A stretch of DNA of 64,000 bases from Anaeromyxobacter sp. (GCA_049840735.1 JASGJN010000021.1:288001-352000); one strand, 5' to 3'. Numbered from the stretch's first letter, positions 22,020-38,088 are shown. Notes: generated from the letters alone by a model not told the origin. Made by a program: numbers and translations.

Positions 22020-22424
22020 ATGAAGCTCGTCATCCACGCCCACCACCTGGCCCTCCCGCCGGACCTCGGCACGTTCCTCCAGAAGCACGTCACCCGGCCG
22101 CTCGCCCGGCTCCATGACGACCCGGCCGCTTCGCTCTCCGTCTTCCTGAGCGACACGCGCGCGCAGCGGGGCGGCGTGGACCAGGAGTGCCGCCTGGCCT
22201 TCCGCATCCCCGGCGCGCGCTCGCTCACCGTGACCAGCGTCCAGGCCGACCTGTACCAGGCGCTGCTCGACTGCACCGACCGGCTGAAGCGGCTCGTGAA
22301 GCGCGAGGTCGCCAAGATGCGGAGCGGCTCGCGCAAGCCCATGCACCGCCCGCTGGGCCGGAGCTGGCGCGAGCGCTCCTCCCGCACCGGGACCACGCCC
22401 GAGGGTGATCCGGCCGCGCTGTGA
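22020..22424 (+). CDS. HPF/RaiA-like ribosome-associated protein
   Basis: Size and pattern (V.LSD...RGGVDQEC, DLYQAL) typical of S30AE-like proteins. Confidence 0.7.
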   Translation: MKLVIHAHHLALPPDLGTFLQKHVTRPLARLHDDPAASLSVFLSDTRAQRGGVDQECRLAFRIPGARSLTVTSVQADLYQALLDCTDRLKRLVKREVAKMRSGSRKPMHRPLGRSWRERSSRTGTTPEGDPAAL

Positions 22425-22481
22425 GGCGTGCCGGGCGGGTCACGGGCCGCACAGGCCCGGGGTGCTGCTACCATCGCCCGC

Positions 22482-23162
22482 ATGGGCCTCACCTCCCGCT
22501 GTACCGCGCTCCTCGCCGGCGCCCTCGCCTGGGCGGCGTCGGCCTGCACGCCCTCGCGGAGCGGCGCACCGGTCCCCGGCACCGTCGCCGCGGTGGGCGA
22601 CTCGATCACGCAGGGCGTCGCGCGGGAGCTGCCCAACATCCACACGCCCTACCCCGACACGCTGCAGCGCAGGCTGGGGCCGGGCTGGCGGGTGCGGAAC
22701 TTCGGCGTGGGCGGCTACCGCGTGGCGGAGGTGGCGGCGCGCTGGGAGCGCCGCGTCCGGGGCCGGGGCTATGCGACGGTGGTGGTCCTGGCCGGCATCA
22801 ACGACCTGCAGCTGGGCGCCGCCGCGGAGGAGGTGTCGTCGCAGCTGGAGCGGCTGCACCAGGCGATCCGCGCGGACGGCTCGACCGTGGTGGCGGTGAC
22901 GGTGACGCCGTACCGGGGCTGGGCGCTGAATCCCTGGACCGAGGAGCGGCAGCGGGCGATCGACGCCGTGAACGCGCGGCTCCGCTCCTCCTGCACCCAG
23001 CCCGGGTGCCGGCTGGTGGAGGCGGGGGCGACGCTGGAGGACCCAGCCCGGCCGGGCGCGCTCCTCCCGGCCTTCGACCAGGGCGATCACCTCCACCTCT
23101 CCCAGGCCGGCCTGGATCGGCTGGCCGAGCTGGTCGAGGCCGCGCTGCGCCAGCCCCCCTGA
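22482..23162 (+). CDS. SGNH/GDSL hydrolase
   Basis: GDSITQG, NFGVGG, GIND, DHLH. Confidence 0.9.
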   Translation: MGLTSRCTALLAGALAWAASACTPSRSGAPVPGTVAAVGDSITQGVARELPNIHTPYPDTLQRRLGPGWRVRNFGVGGYRVAEVAARWERRVRGRGYATVVVLAGINDLQLGAAAEEVSSQLERLHQAIRADGSTVVAVTVTPYRGWALNPWTEERQRAIDAVNARLRSSCTQPGCRLVEAGATLEDPARPGALLPAFDQGDHLHLSQAGLDRLAELVEAALRQPP

Positions 23163-23282
23163 CACCCGCCCACATCGGTGCCGACCCCAAGGTTGTAGCT
23201 CGTCGTTCCGCGCCTCCTTCACGTTGTGTGCTGGGACTTGGGGCGCGAACGGGTGGTTCAATCCCCCGCGGGAACCAGCCCC

Positions 23283-25784
<2,502 letters not shown>

Positions 25785-25822
25785 GCGGAGCCGCCGACGC
25801 GGTTCGCCCAGACGTGCTGACC

Positions 25823-26884
25823 TCACGGCGCCAGCAGGTGGTCCAGGTAGCGGCGCGCCTGCACGTCGAAGGAGAGCTTGGCGTGGCCGGCGATGGCCCG
25901 CCGCCGCTCCGCCAGCGCGGCCGGATCGGCCGCCAGCCGGGCCAGCAGCGCGCAGATGCCGTCGCGCGAGGGGTAGAAGAACGAGGACACCTCGAAGTCG
26001 TCCAGCCCCCGGAAGCTGCCGTCGCTGGCCATGGGGAGCTGGAACCCGAAGGACAGGTTGAAGGTGCCCGAGACCTTCAGGAAGGAGTGCCACTGCGAGC
26101 CGGGGTCGGGGTGGACCAGCGGCAGGATCAGGTCGCACCGCGAGACCCAGGCGTGGAAGGTGGGCCAGTCCACGAAGTCGCGGAAGCGCACGAAGCGATG
26201 GCCCAGCCCCCGCCGCGCCAGCTCCTCCTCCAGCGCCGGCCCGTCGCCGGCCGGGTGGTGCGAGGGGCCGAGCAGGATGAAGCGCACCTGCGGCGGCAGC
26301 GCGGCCAGGCCGGGGTCGTCCAGCAGCGCGCGGTAGTCGCGCCGCTTGAACTCCACCTGCCCCGGCACGCAGACCCAGAACGCGCCGGCGGGCTTCTCCA
26401 CCGCCACCTGCGCCGCCGGGGCGGGGTAGAGGGTCGGGTAGAAGGCCTCGGCCCGGCCGCCCAGGCGCGCCTTCACGAAGTCGTTGACGACGAAGTAGCG
26501 GGAGACGCCCAGCGAGATGAGCGCCTGGTTCAGGCTGTGGCCCAGCTTGCCGGCGTCGTGGATCAGCCCCGCCAGCCGCGGCCCGCCGGCCAGGTTGCGC
26601 AGCGCGAGCTGGGCCGCCGGCTTGCCCTGGGCGGTGTTGAGGACGGCGTGGCTCACCCGGTGCTCGCGCAGGTAGCGCCGGATGCCGGTCTGGGTGGCCC
26701 AGCTGCGTGACGACCCCTCGAAGACGTGCAGGTGGCGCGGCGCGAAGGGGAGCCGGGCGCGCAGCGTCGGCGAGCAGACCACGTGCACCTCGTCGAAGGC
26801 CTGCCGCAGGAACTCGTGCTGCGTGAAGAGGCACTCGAAGTGGCCGTCGGAGAGCTCGATCAGGGCTGCTGCGGTGGCGGGCAT
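25823..26884 (-). CDS. Hypothetical protein, possible GT-B glycosyltransferase
   Basis: C-terminal ~350 aa of ORF 25823..28045 has protein-like composition; VPGQVEFKRRDY, CDLILPL, KVSGTFNL. Confidence 0.55.
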   Translation of the reverse strand: MPATAAALIELSDGHFECLFTQHEFLRQAFDEVHVVCSPTLRARLPFAPRHLHVFEGSSRSWATQTGIRRYLREHRVSHAVLNTAQGKPAAQLALRNLAGGPRLAGLIHDAGKLGHSLNQALISLGVSRYFVVNDFVKARLGGRAEAFYPTLYPAPAAQVAVEKPAGAFWVCVPGQVEFKRRDYRALLDDPGLAALPPQVRFILLGPSHHPAGDGPALEEELARRGLGHRFVRFRDFVDWPTFHAWVSRCDLILPLVHPDPGSQWHSFLKVSGTFNLSFGFQLPMASDGSFRGLDDFEVSSFFYPSRDGICALLARLAADPAALAERRRAIAGHAKLSFDVQARRYLDHLLAP

Positions 26885-27051
26885 GGGCGCGGGCACGGGG
26901 TGCGGGTCACGCATCTTGAACGGAAGGTCCGGGCGGACGCAACGCCCCTCCGCCCTCAGCCCGCGACCGGCTCGACCGCCGCGAGCGCCTGCTCCAGCGC
27001 CAGGCGCAGCTCGGACGGCGCGCACCCTGTGAGGCTTCCCGGCCGCGCCGC

Positions 27052-28962
<1,911 letters not shown>

Positions 28963-30859
28963 GTCCACGCTCCGAGGTCGAGGCGGAGGCCCGCCGTGAC
29001 CTGCACCGAGGTGAGCCCGCCGCCCGGCGTCTGGCCGGAGGCCAGCAGGCCCGCCTCGAGGTAAGGGGTGATGCGCCGGCCGGGCCAGCCGGCCCCCAGC
29101 GCCAGCCGCGCCGCCGGCGCCCAGCCGTCGCCGGCGCCGGACCGGTCCCAGGCCAGCCCGGCGGTGCCGGCCAGCCACAGCTCCGGCCCGTGGCGCAGCT
29201 CGCGGCGCAGCTCGCCGCCGGCCAGCAGCGCCAGCAGCCGGCGGTCGCCGCGGTCGAGCTCGAGCCCGGCCGCCTCGAACCGCACCGCCACCGACACCTG
29301 CTGCGGCCAGGGCATGCCGGCGCCGGGCAGCGCCGCGTCGGCGGTGACGCCGAGCCAGGGCCCGGAGGGCCCGCCGCCGGTCTCCGCGGCGGCGCCGCCG
29401 GAGAGCAGCAGGGAGAGGCCGCGGGGCGGCGGGGCCAGCAGCAGGTCGGCCTGCCCCCGCGCGCCGCCCACCTCCGCCACCAGCCGCTCCGGCGTGCGCG
29501 CCGCCACCGCCGGCGCGCGGTAGCGGACCCGCCAGGCGTCGGCCCCGGCCGGCTCCAGGCCCCGCACCTTGCCGCGCTCCGCGCTCACGGCGGGGCGCTC
29601 GGCCACCGGGTTGCCGTAGCGATCCCGCACGCGGATGGTGAAGGCCACCTCGCCGGCGCCGTCGGCCTGGAGCACGTCGGCGCCCGGCGCGACCCGGGCC
29701 TCGGCGGCCGGGCCCGGCTCCAGCGGCAGCGCGCGGGCGCTGGCCACCGCGCCGGCCGCGGTCCAGGCCCGCACCTCCAGCGAGTGCCGCCCCGCCAGCC
29801 GCTCCGGCGCCGCCACCCGCGCCGAGATCGCGCCGGGCCCGGCCTCCACCGGCGGGGCCAGCAGCCCGCCGTCGGAGGCCAGCTCCAGGGCGGCCTCGGT
29901 GGCGTTGCCGGCCGCGTCCAGCGCCCGCGCCGTGACCGTCACCGGCTCGCCCCCTGCGGCGGCCGCCGACCGGTCGAAGGCGATGGCCACCGTGGCCGGC
30001 GGCCCGGGCAGCGAGGAGAGGCGCAGCACCACCCGCGAGGCGGCCAGGCCGGGCAGCCGCACCGTGAGCCGGTCCTCGCCGCTGGGCCCCGGCGGCAGCG
30101 TCCAGGTCCCCTCGAAGGCCCCCGGCTCGCGCGCCACCACCGCCGCCGTGCCGCGGGTGGGCTCCAGCGCCGGCGGGTCGTCGCGCCGGGCGGCGCCGTG
30201 CGGCGCGACCACGTAGGCCAGGAAGCGGACCTGCTCGCGCCGGTCGGCCTGGACGGTGGTCCGCTCGATCACGGCGTGGAGCAGGGGCGTCTCGGGGATG
30301 GAGAGGTCCACCGGCGTGAAGCCGTGGTGCCCCTCGCGCACGCCGGGCGGGACCACCACCGTCAGCCGCGCCAGGCCGTCCGGGCCGACGCGCGCCGGGC
30401 CGAAGGTGGCGTCGGCGATGCGGAGCGCCACCTCCTCGCCCGGGCGCCCCGGCACGCGCGCCTCTCCCTGGCCGGAGAGCGGCAGCGCCAGCCAGCCGTC
30501 CAGCGGGCCGCGCGGACCGCGCGCCAGCGCCGCCAGGATGGCCACCTGCGGATGGCGCTCGACCGGCGGCCTGTAACGGACCGTGAATCCGCCCCCCGGC
30601 AGCCGGCGCAGCCCCTCCAGCCGCCCGGCGCTGGCCGAGAGCGTCAGCTCCTCCACCTCGGGCGGCGCGGCGATGCGCACCTCGGCCCCGGCGCCGGCGC
30701 CCAGCAGCAGCCGGGGCGGCTCGGCCGAGAGGCGCAGCGCGCCGCCGCTCCCCGGCGCCACGTCCTGCGCGGCGGCCGGGAAGGCCGCCGCGAGCAGGAG
30801 CAGGGCCGTCCAGGCCCGGTAGCCACGGCCGCTGAAGGCGCCAGGCGGACCAGCGGCGC

Positions 30860-31040
30860 CCTTCGGCTTCGCCTGCCCTGAGCGCAGCGGACGCCAAGCG
30901 GACGCGAAGTCGATGGGCTCAGGGCGAACGGTCATGCCGGCACCGTTCGGGCTGAGCGTGTGAGAACCGGGGCGCGCGGTCATCCCGGCACCGTTCGGGC
31001 TGAGCGTAGCGAGCCCGCAGGGCTCGCGGAGTCGAAGCCC
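30860..31040. repeat. REP-like elements, partly overlapping the predicted 5' end of the Ig-like gene
   Basis: Full copy at 30991-31040 plus partial or nested copies at 30860-30960. Confidence 0.8.
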
Positions 31041-31073
31041 AGGCCAGGACCGTCATGGCGACCCAGGTCGCGC

Positions 31074-31475
31074 TCAGGGCGGGAGCGGGGCATTCCAGTC
31101 GATCTCCACGGTGGCGCGGGCGGCCTGGCCGGGGGCGCAGGCCGGGTCCTGCTCGCCCTCGGGCGGGCAGGCGGGGCGCGCCGGCGGCGCGCTGCGGGCG
31201 GCGGCGCGGACCACCGCCGAGGGCGTGACCTTGCCTCCCCGCCCGCCCTTGCGGGCGGCCGCGCGCCAGGCCTCGAGCGGCGGGGCGGCGGCCGGCGGCT
31301 GGGCCGCGGCGGCCGGGGCCGGCGCCGGGTCGGCGGCGGGCGGCGCCGGGTGCACGGCGGGAGCGGCGGCCCCGGGCGCGGCCTGGGCCAGCGCCGCCGG
31401 CTGGCGCGCCGCGCCGGCCAGCAGCAGGCCCAGCGCCACGGCCACGCCGGCCCGGATCCGGAGCCGGGTGGTCAC
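31074..31475 (-). CDS. Small secreted Ala/Pro-rich hypothetical protein
   Basis: GTG start overlapping the upstream stop; signal-peptide-like N-terminus. Confidence 0.55.
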   Translation of the reverse strand: MTTRLRIRAGVAVALGLLLAGAARQPAALAQAAPGAAAPAVHPAPPAADPAPAPAAAAQPPAAAPPLEAWRAAARKGGRGGKVTPSAVVRAAARSAPPARPACPPEGEQDPACAPGQAARATVEIDWNAPLPP

Positions 31476-32194
31476 GGCGCGCGGGCCTCCGCCGCCGGGA
31501 CGGCGACGCAGAACTCGGTCACCGCCCAGGGCAGCCTGGCGGGATCGGACCCGTCCACCAGCCAGAGGGAGCCGCCGGAGCGGGTCACCAGCTGGCGGGA
31601 GAGGTGGAGCCCCAGCCCGCTGCCGCGGCCGGGCGCCTTGGTGGTGAAGCGCGGCTCGAAGAGGCGGGCCCGGTGCGCCTCGGCGATGCCCGGACCCTCG
31701 TCCGAGACCCGCACCTCCACGCCGGCCGGCCCGGGCTGCACCCGCACCGCCACGCGGCCCTGCGTCCCGTCCACCGCGTCGAGCGCGTTGGAGAGCAGGT
31801 TGGTGGCGGCGTGGACCAGCGCCCCCGCCGACCCAATCCCGCGCAGCGCCTCCTCGCATCCATCCATCGTGAAGCGGCGCGCCAGGGGCCGGACCCGGTG
31901 GGCCAGCAGCCCCACCGCGCGGGCCACCGCCGGCCCCACCTCGAACGGCGTGGCCGGGAGGTCCTCGTCGCGCAGCAGCCCCTCGAACTCGGCCGCCACC
32001 TCGCAGAGCCGCGCCAGCTGCGAGCGCAGCAGCCGCCACTCGTCCCGCGCGGTCAGCGCCGGCCCCAGCGCCCGCTCCAGCAGCAGCAGCGCCGCGTCGG
32101 CGCCGGTGAGCGGCTGCCGCAGCTCGTGCAGCAGCGCCGGCGCCAGCAGGTCGGCGTCGAGCGGCCCGAGCGGTGGCTGTCGTTCCCAGGTCAT
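31472..32194 (-). CDS. Histidine kinase (HisKA-HATPase only)
   Basis: LHELRQPL, NLLSNALDA, DEGPGI, FTTK..GSGLGL. Confidence 0.85.
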   Translation of the reverse strand: MTWERQPPLGPLDADLLAPALLHELRQPLTGADAALLLLERALGPALTARDEWRLLRSQLARLCEVAAEFEGLLRDEDLPATPFEVGPAVARAVGLLAHRVRPLARRFTMDGCEEALRGIGSAGALVHAATNLLSNALDAVDGTQGRVAVRVQPGPAGVEVRVSDEGPGIAEAHRARLFEPRFTTKAPGRGSGLGLHLSRQLVTRSGGSLWLVDGSDPARLPWAVTEFCVAVPAAEARAP

Positions 32195-32204
32195 GCGGTG
32201 GTCC

Positions 32205-34039
32205 TCAGGCCAGATGGGCAGCGGCCGTGGCCGCCGGGAGCAGGACGGTGAACGCGGAGCCGGCCCCTTCCTCCGACTCCACGAAGATCCGGCCGTGGTG
32301 CGCCTCGACGATGCTGTGCGAGACCGAGAGCCCCAGCCCCACGCGCTCGCGGTCGTCCTTGGTCGTGAAGAACGGGTCGAAGATCCGCTCCCGCAGCGTG
32401 AGCGGGATGCCCTTGCCGGTGTCGGCGACGCGCAGCCGCAGCGCCTCCCCGTCCACCGCCCCCAGCGACACCTCCAGCGCGCCGCCGCCGGGCATGGCGT
32501 TGATGGCGTTCTCCAGCAGGTGCGCCACCACCTGCTGCAGCTGCACCGGGTCCCCCTGCGTCTCGGGCAGGTCCTCGTCGATGCGGGCGGTGAGCCGGAT
32601 GCCGGCGGCGCGGAAGCGGTCGGCGTAGAGCGCCAGCGCGGCGCGGACCGGCCGCGCCAGCGGGAAGGGCGGCCCCTGCAGGCTCCGCTCCTGGTCGGCG
32701 AAGGCGCGCAGGTCCTCCACCACGCGGGTCACGCGGCCCGCCTGCTCCTGGGCGCGGGTGATCATCTCCGCCTCGCCGCTGCCGGCCGGGAGCTGCTTGC
32801 GCAGGATGGCCAGGTAGCCGGTGATGGCGGTCATGGGATTGTTGAGCTCGTGCGCCAGCCCGGCGCCCAGCGACCCCAGCGCGGCCAGCCGGCGCGTGCG
32901 CAGGATCTGGTCCTGGGCGGCCTTCAGCTTCCGCGGTCCGCTCCTCCACCCGGTCCTGCAGCTCGCGGTTCCAGCCGCGGATCTCCTCGTCGCGCCGGCG
33001 CAGCTCGCCGGCCATGTGGCCGAAGGCGCGGCCCAGGTCGGCCAGCTCGTCCCGCCCCTCCACCGCCGGCACCTCCGACCAGCGCCCGGCGCCCACGGCG
33101 GCCGCGGCGCGCGAGAGGCGCACCACCGGGCGCGTCACCGCGCGCGCCAGCACCACCCCCAGGATCACCGCCAGCACCAGCGCCGCCAGCGCGCCCTGGG
33201 CGGTGTAGAGCCGCAGCCGCTCGGCCGCGCTGAAGGCCACCGCCATGGGCTGGGCCACCACCGCGCCCCAGCGCAGCCGCTCCACCGGCGCGAAGGCCGC
33301 AAGCCAGCGGGCGCCGTCGGCCCGGTGCACCAGCCGCGACCAGGCCATGGTCCGGGAAAGCCCCACCTCGGCCAGCCTCCGCTCGTCGTCGGTGAGCGCG
33401 CCCGCCGGGCCGGCGATGGGGCGGCCGGCGGCGTCCACCAGATAGGCCACGCTCTCCGGCCCGGACAGCTCGGCGAGCCGCGCCTCGATGTCCGCCAGCA
33501 CGATCTCCGCCGCCAGCGTCCGGCCCGGCCCGATGCGCAGCGCCACCGCCAGCTTCAGCGGGCCGCCGGCGCGGTAGGGGGCGGAGAGGGCCGTGGCGCC
33601 GGCCGCCGCCGGGGCGCGGGGCAGCTGCTTCACGAACAGGTCGAGGTCGGGGCGGGTGATGGCGACGCGCTCGGCCTCGCGCTCCGGGCCCGGCTCCACG
33701 AAGACCGGCCCGGCGATGGGCGCGTTGGCCTCGTCCACCACGGCCAGGATCGAGACGAAGGGGAGCTGGCGGTAGGGGATGGCCAGGATCTCGGACAGCT
33801 CGCTGCGCGAGTAGTCGTCGAAGAGGATGGGCGAGAACCGCCAGGCGAAGCCGCTCGACCGAGGTGGAGACGAACCGGTCGGCGAAGAGCGCCAGATCCT
33901 GCGCCCCCTGCGTCTGCATCCGGCCCACGGTGCGCTGCAGCTCGTCGCGGCTGGCGGTGTAGGACACGAGCCCCAACAGGCCCACCGGCAGGACGCCGAC
34001 GGCCAGCAGCACCAGCCCGATCTTGGCGCCGAAGCGCAT
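32205..34039 (-). CDS. Membrane sensor histidine kinase (Cache-like/HAMP), frameshifts at ~33835 and ~32930
   Basis: TM1 KIGLVLLAVG, HAMP DELADLGRAF, AHELNNP, FDPFFTTK spread across three ORFs. Confidence 0.8.
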
Positions 34040-34273
34040 CTGGCCGCCTCCTGCGCTGGTGGCGCGGCGCCGTCGCGGCGCCGGGGGAACGTCCAAGCCT
34101 GCGACACGTCCGGGGAAGCGAGCGCCTGGAGCTTTGGCGCCCGGCTGCCTCGGGCGGGCGAATATGGGCGTCGGCCCCCCGCTCACGCAAGCTTACAAGC
34201 GGAGGAAAGCGCCTACATGCAGGGCTGGGCTTCCGCACAGGCGGTGCGGACCTGCCGCACCAGCCCCATCAGG

Positions 34274-34292
34274 TGTAGCACAACCTGCTACA
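34274..34292. promoter_or_regulatory. Perfect 7-5-7 inverted repeat, candidate operator
   Basis: TGTAGCA-caacc-TGCTACA about 90 bp upstream of DUF47-pit. Confidence 0.4.
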
Positions 34293-34380
34293 GCCTCAGC
34301 CTTGATCGGGTTTGCCCGACCGCTCGGACAAGGTAAGGTGCGCCCGCTTCCGAACGCCCCCACTTGGAGGAGCCGTCCAG

Positions 34381-35016
34381 ATGTCCTTTCTCGAACGCCT
34401 GATGCCCAAGACCGATGACTTCTTCTCGGACTTCGAGGCGCAGGCCGCCGCGGTGGTGGAGGGCGTGAAGCTCCTCAAGAACCTGCTCGACGACTTCACC
34501 GACGTGCCGGCCAAGTGCCAGGCCATCAAGGAGGTCGAGCACCGCGCGGACGACATCACCCACCGCGCCTTCGCCCGGCTCCACACCCAGTTCATCACCC
34601 CCTTCGACCGGGCCGAGATCCACCGGCTGCTCTCCCGCATCGACGACGTGCTGGACCTGGCCGACGCCGCCTCGGAGCGGCTCGGGCTCTACGACATCGA
34701 GCAGGTGCTGCCCGAGGCGCGCGAGCTGGCCGCCGTGCTGGTGGCCCAGTCGGAGAAGATGGCCGACGCGGTCCGCGGGCTGCGCAACATGAAGAAGGAC
34801 CCGCGCACCATCCTCGACGCCTGCCAGGAGATGAACGTCCTGGAGAACCAGGCCGACGCCCTCACCCGGCAGACCATGGCCAAGCTGTTCCGGCGCGGCA
34901 GCGACCCGCTCACGGTCATGAAGTGGAAGGAGATCATCGATCTCATCGAGGACGCGACCGATCGGGCCGAGGACGTGGCCAACGTGATCGAGGGCGTGGT
35001 CCTCGAGCACGCCTGA
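34381..35016 (+). CDS. DUF47 (PhoU-like) phosphate transport regulator
   Basis: IKEVEHRAD, FITPFDR, EDATDRAEDVA; adjacent to pit. Confidence 0.92.
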   Translation: MSFLERLMPKTDDFFSDFEAQAAAVVEGVKLLKNLLDDFTDVPAKCQAIKEVEHRADDITHRAFARLHTQFITPFDRAEIHRLLSRIDDVLDLADAASERLGLYDIEQVLPEARELAAVLVAQSEKMADAVRGLRNMKKDPRTILDACQEMNVLENQADALTRQTMAKLFRRGSDPLTVMKWKEIIDLIEDATDRAEDVANVIEGVVLEHA

Positions 35017-35035
35017 CGGTCAGGGCCCGGCCGCC

Positions 35036-36098
35036 ATGCTCCTCACCGTCGTCATCGCCCTCATCCTCGTCGCGCTGGCGTTCGACTTCATCAACGGCTT
35101 CCACGACGCCGCCAACTCCATCGCCACCATCGTCTCCACCCGCGTGCTCAGCCCGCTGGTGGCGGTGGCCTGGGCGGCCTTCTTCAACTTCATCTCCGCC
35201 GCGCCGGTGCTCTGGGGCGCGGAGCTGAAGGTGGCCGCCACCATGGGCAAGGGGATCGTCGAGTTCCCCACGCTGCAGTCGCACGGGCCGCACTTCGTGC
35301 TGGCCTTCATCTTCGCGGCGCTGATGGGCGCCATCGTCTGGAACCTGCTCACCTGGATCTGGGGCCTGCCCTCCTCCTCCTCCCACGCGCTGGCCGGCGG
35401 CATGATCGGCGCCTGCCTGGTGGCGCTGGGGCCGAGCGGCCTGATCAGCGGCGGCATCCTCAGAGATCGTCGCCTTCATCGTGCTCTCGCCGCTCATCGG
35501 CATGTTCCTGGGCTCGATGATGATGGTGGGGACCGCCTGGATCGTCCGGAAGAGCACGCCGGCCAGGGTGGACGGCTGGTTCCGCAAGCTGCAGCTGGTC
35601 TCGGCGGCCATCTTCTCCTACAGCCACGGCACCAACGACGCGCAGAAGGTGATGGGCATCATCTCCATCATCCTTTACGGCACCATCTGGTCCGACCGCG
35701 CCGCCATGATCCCCGGCCACTTCCCGGTGCCGTTCTGGGTGGTGCTGGCCTGCCAGGGCGCCATCGCGCTCGGGACCATGTTCGGCGGCTGGCGCATCGT
35801 CCGGACCATGGGTCACAACCTGACCAAGCTGCAGCCCATCGGCGGCTTCTGCGCCGAGACCGGCGGCGGCGTGACCATTCTCTTCCTGGCCGCGGCCGGC
35901 ATCCCGGTCTCGACCACCCACACCATCACCGGCGCAATCGTCGGGGTGGGCGCCACCCGGGGCAGCCGGGCGGTCCGCTGGGGCGTGGCCGGGCGCATCA
36001 TCTGGGCGTGGATCTTCACGATTCCGGCCGCCGCAATCGTCGCCGCCATCCTCTTCGGCGTGACCCGCGGGCTGGACGTGCTGCTCACGGGCGGGTAG
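35036..36098 (+). CDS. pit: Inorganic phosphate transporter (PiT family), frameshift at ~35462
   Basis: NGFHDAANSIAT, PSSSSH, HGTNDAQK, PVSTTH. Confidence 0.9.
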
Positions 36099-36214
36099 GC
36101 GTAGGGAGGCCCCGAGCCGCCGGCCCGGGCCTTCGGAAGGCGGCGGTGCGATACCAAGGACCGTCGAATCCCTACGCCAGACCGGACTCCGGGCGCCGCT
36201 GGGGCGGCGCCGGG

Positions 36215-36844
36215 TCAAGCCCTCATCATCTCCATGAGCGCGTCCCGGAAGACCTGAAAGCTCCGAGATCGGTTCACCGCAGGATCCATGCGTGGAGCGA
36301 TGGTCCGCGCGGTCTGGATCTTCGGGAGCCCCCCCTCGAAATATCCCGCGCGAGCCAGGACGCTCCCGAGCGCTTCGGCGGTGCCGCCCTGGATCGCGTC
36401 CGGGTCCCGGAAGCGTGCCTGGTTCGGCACGGTCGCCGGCACCTTGGGGAAGGCGCCCCGGACGGCAGCCCAGTCACCGAAGTACCACGACTCCAGCTCC
36501 TCGATTGCGATGAGGGTGAGCATGACCCATGCTCTGCAGTCCCCTCGGAGGCGCGCCGCCCGGCGCGTGCGCAGGCCCGCTCGCTCGGCCATCTCCTCCA
36601 GTTTGGCCTTGAGCCGGCGGCAGTCCTCGGCGTCGCGGTCGACGATCACCACGATGCGCACGCCGTCGATGCTGCTGCGCGCGTACGCGGTCAGTCGCGC
36701 AGGGAGCTTGGCGAGCAGGTCGGGCTTACCTTGAAAGACGCGTATCCCGAACGACACGTCGCCGAGGAGCTTGGGCAGGAGGGCTTCGAGCGCAGCCTTC
36801 ATCGACGGCTCTTCGACCAGGACCTCGACATGGTCGACGCTCAC
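36215..36844 (-). CDS. DUF4276-like protein (TOPRIM-like acidic motifs)
   Basis: [33 protein letters not shown]; overlaps the ATPase stop. Confidence 0.75.
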   Translation of the reverse strand: MSVDHVEVLVEEPSMKAALEALLPKLLGDVSFGIRVFQGKPDLLAKLPARLTAYARSSIDGVRIVVIVDRDAEDCRRLKAKLEEMAERAGLRTRRAARLRGDCRAWVMLTLIAIEELESWYFGDWAAVRGAFPKVPATVPNQARFRDPDAIQGGTAEALGSVLARAGYFEGGLPKIQTARTIAPRMDPAVNRSRSFQVFRDALMEMMRA

Positions 36845-38088
36845 CGGCTACGCCCCCGCTTGACGGGTGCGCCCCCGTTCACGAGGGGATCGCCAGCGTT
36901 GAAGTACCCTTCCATCCACAGGTGCCCAAGCTTCGCGCCGGCTTCCAGGAACTCCTTTACGCCCTTCACCTCGCTTACGCGTGCAGCCTGCGTGTGGCCA
37001 TGGGGGTCGCGGTAGAGCACGCGAACCTCGTCGGGTCGGAGCTCGTCCAGGAAGAACGGCGAGTGAGTCGTGACGAGGAGCTGCAATCTCGCCGCTGCGC
37101 CCCGGCATTCCTCGGCGAGCTCCGGCAGCAGGCGTGGATGCAGGAAGTTCTCGGGCTCCTCGATTCCGATGAAGCGCGGTGGAGCTGGGTCGTGGAGCAC
37201 GAGGAGGTACGCCAGCATCTTGATGGTCCCGTCGGACGCGAATCGGGCCAGCACCGGCTGGTCGAAGGGAGCGTCCTTGATCTCCAGCAGCAGGTTGCCG
37301 TCGGGCATCGGCTCGACGTCCACCCGCTCGATGCGGGGAATGCGCTGGCGCAGGCGCGCGAAGATCGCGTCGAGCCGGTCGGGGTGGTGCTCCTTGAGGT
37401 ACTGGAGCACGTTGGCCATGTTGTCGCCGTTGCGAGAGAGCCGCTCTTGCGGCCCCATCTCCGGCTGCTTCTTCTTCGTGTCTTCGACCGAGAGGTAGGA
37501 GACAAACCAGTCGGTGATGAACTCGCGGAGCGCAGCGACCCGGGGGTGCTGCTCGAACTGGCCAAGCGTGTTCACCGCGATGAGGTCCGGCGAGCGGAGC
37601 GGTGTCGAGATGCGCTTGTCCTCTGCGTCCGGCATCTCGCCGCTGACGGCTTCGCCCTTGCCCTCTGCGTAATCAAGGAAGCGGAAGGGCTTGCCCTTTG
37701 CCCCGCGCCGCCACTGGAGCCATTCCTCCTTCACCACCGGCCCCCTCGCGCCGTCGTCGATGGCGAGGTGGTAGGTGATCACCGGGAAGCTCGGCTGCTC
37801 CCTGTACTTCAGCTCGATCACGACGGGGCCCTTTTGGCCGCGCGTGCGAATCTCCTTCGCCTTGCCGCGCCGGTCCCAAGCCGAGCGCAGGCCGGTGTCG
37901 AAGCACTCCGAGAGGAAGCTGAAGACGTCGAAGACCGTGGACTTCCCGCTGCCGTTCGGTCCGAGGAGGACGGTCAGCGGCGTCAGGCCGGTGAGCTCAA
38001 TGGAGCGGAGCGCCCGGTAGTTCTGGACCTTCAAATACTCGATGCGGGCCGGCCCCTTGGCCGGCCGGCTGGGCCCGCTGCTCTCCAT
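36841..38088 (-). CDS. ABC/SMC-type ATPase (AAA_21-like)
   Basis: Walker A GPNGSGKS, signature-like ASDGT, Walker [12 protein letters not shown]-loop TTHSP. Confidence 0.9.
   Translation of the reverse strand: MESSGPSRPAKGPARIEYLKVQNYRALRSIELTGLTPLTVLLGPNGSGKSTVFDVFSFLSECFDTGLRSAWDRRGKAKEIRTRGQKGPVVIELKYREQPSFPVITYHLAIDDGARGPVVKEEWLQWRRGAKGKPFRFLDYAEGKGEAVSGEMPDAEDKRISTPLRSPDLIAVNTLGQFEQHPRVAALREFITDWFVSYLSVEDTKKKQPEMGPQERLSRNGDNMANVLQYLKEHHPDRLDAIFARLRQRIPRIERVDVEPMPDGNLLLEIKDAPFDQPVLARFASDGTIKMLAYLLVLHDPAPPRFIGIEEPENFLHPRLLPELAEECRGAAARLQLLVTTHSPFFLDELRPDEVRVLYRDPHGHTQAARVSEVKGVKEFLEAGAKLGHLWMEGYFNAGDPLVNGGAPVKRGRSR

Noticed and set aside
23167..23181. cgcccacatcgg motif, also present inverted near 55095-55108
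   Set aside because: Only two short copies with no structure; chance cannot be excluded
35036..36098. pit and other frameshifted genes as true pseudogenes or programmed frameshifts
   Set aside because: Single extra bases with otherwise intact motifs and no slippery heptamers; sequencing error is more likely
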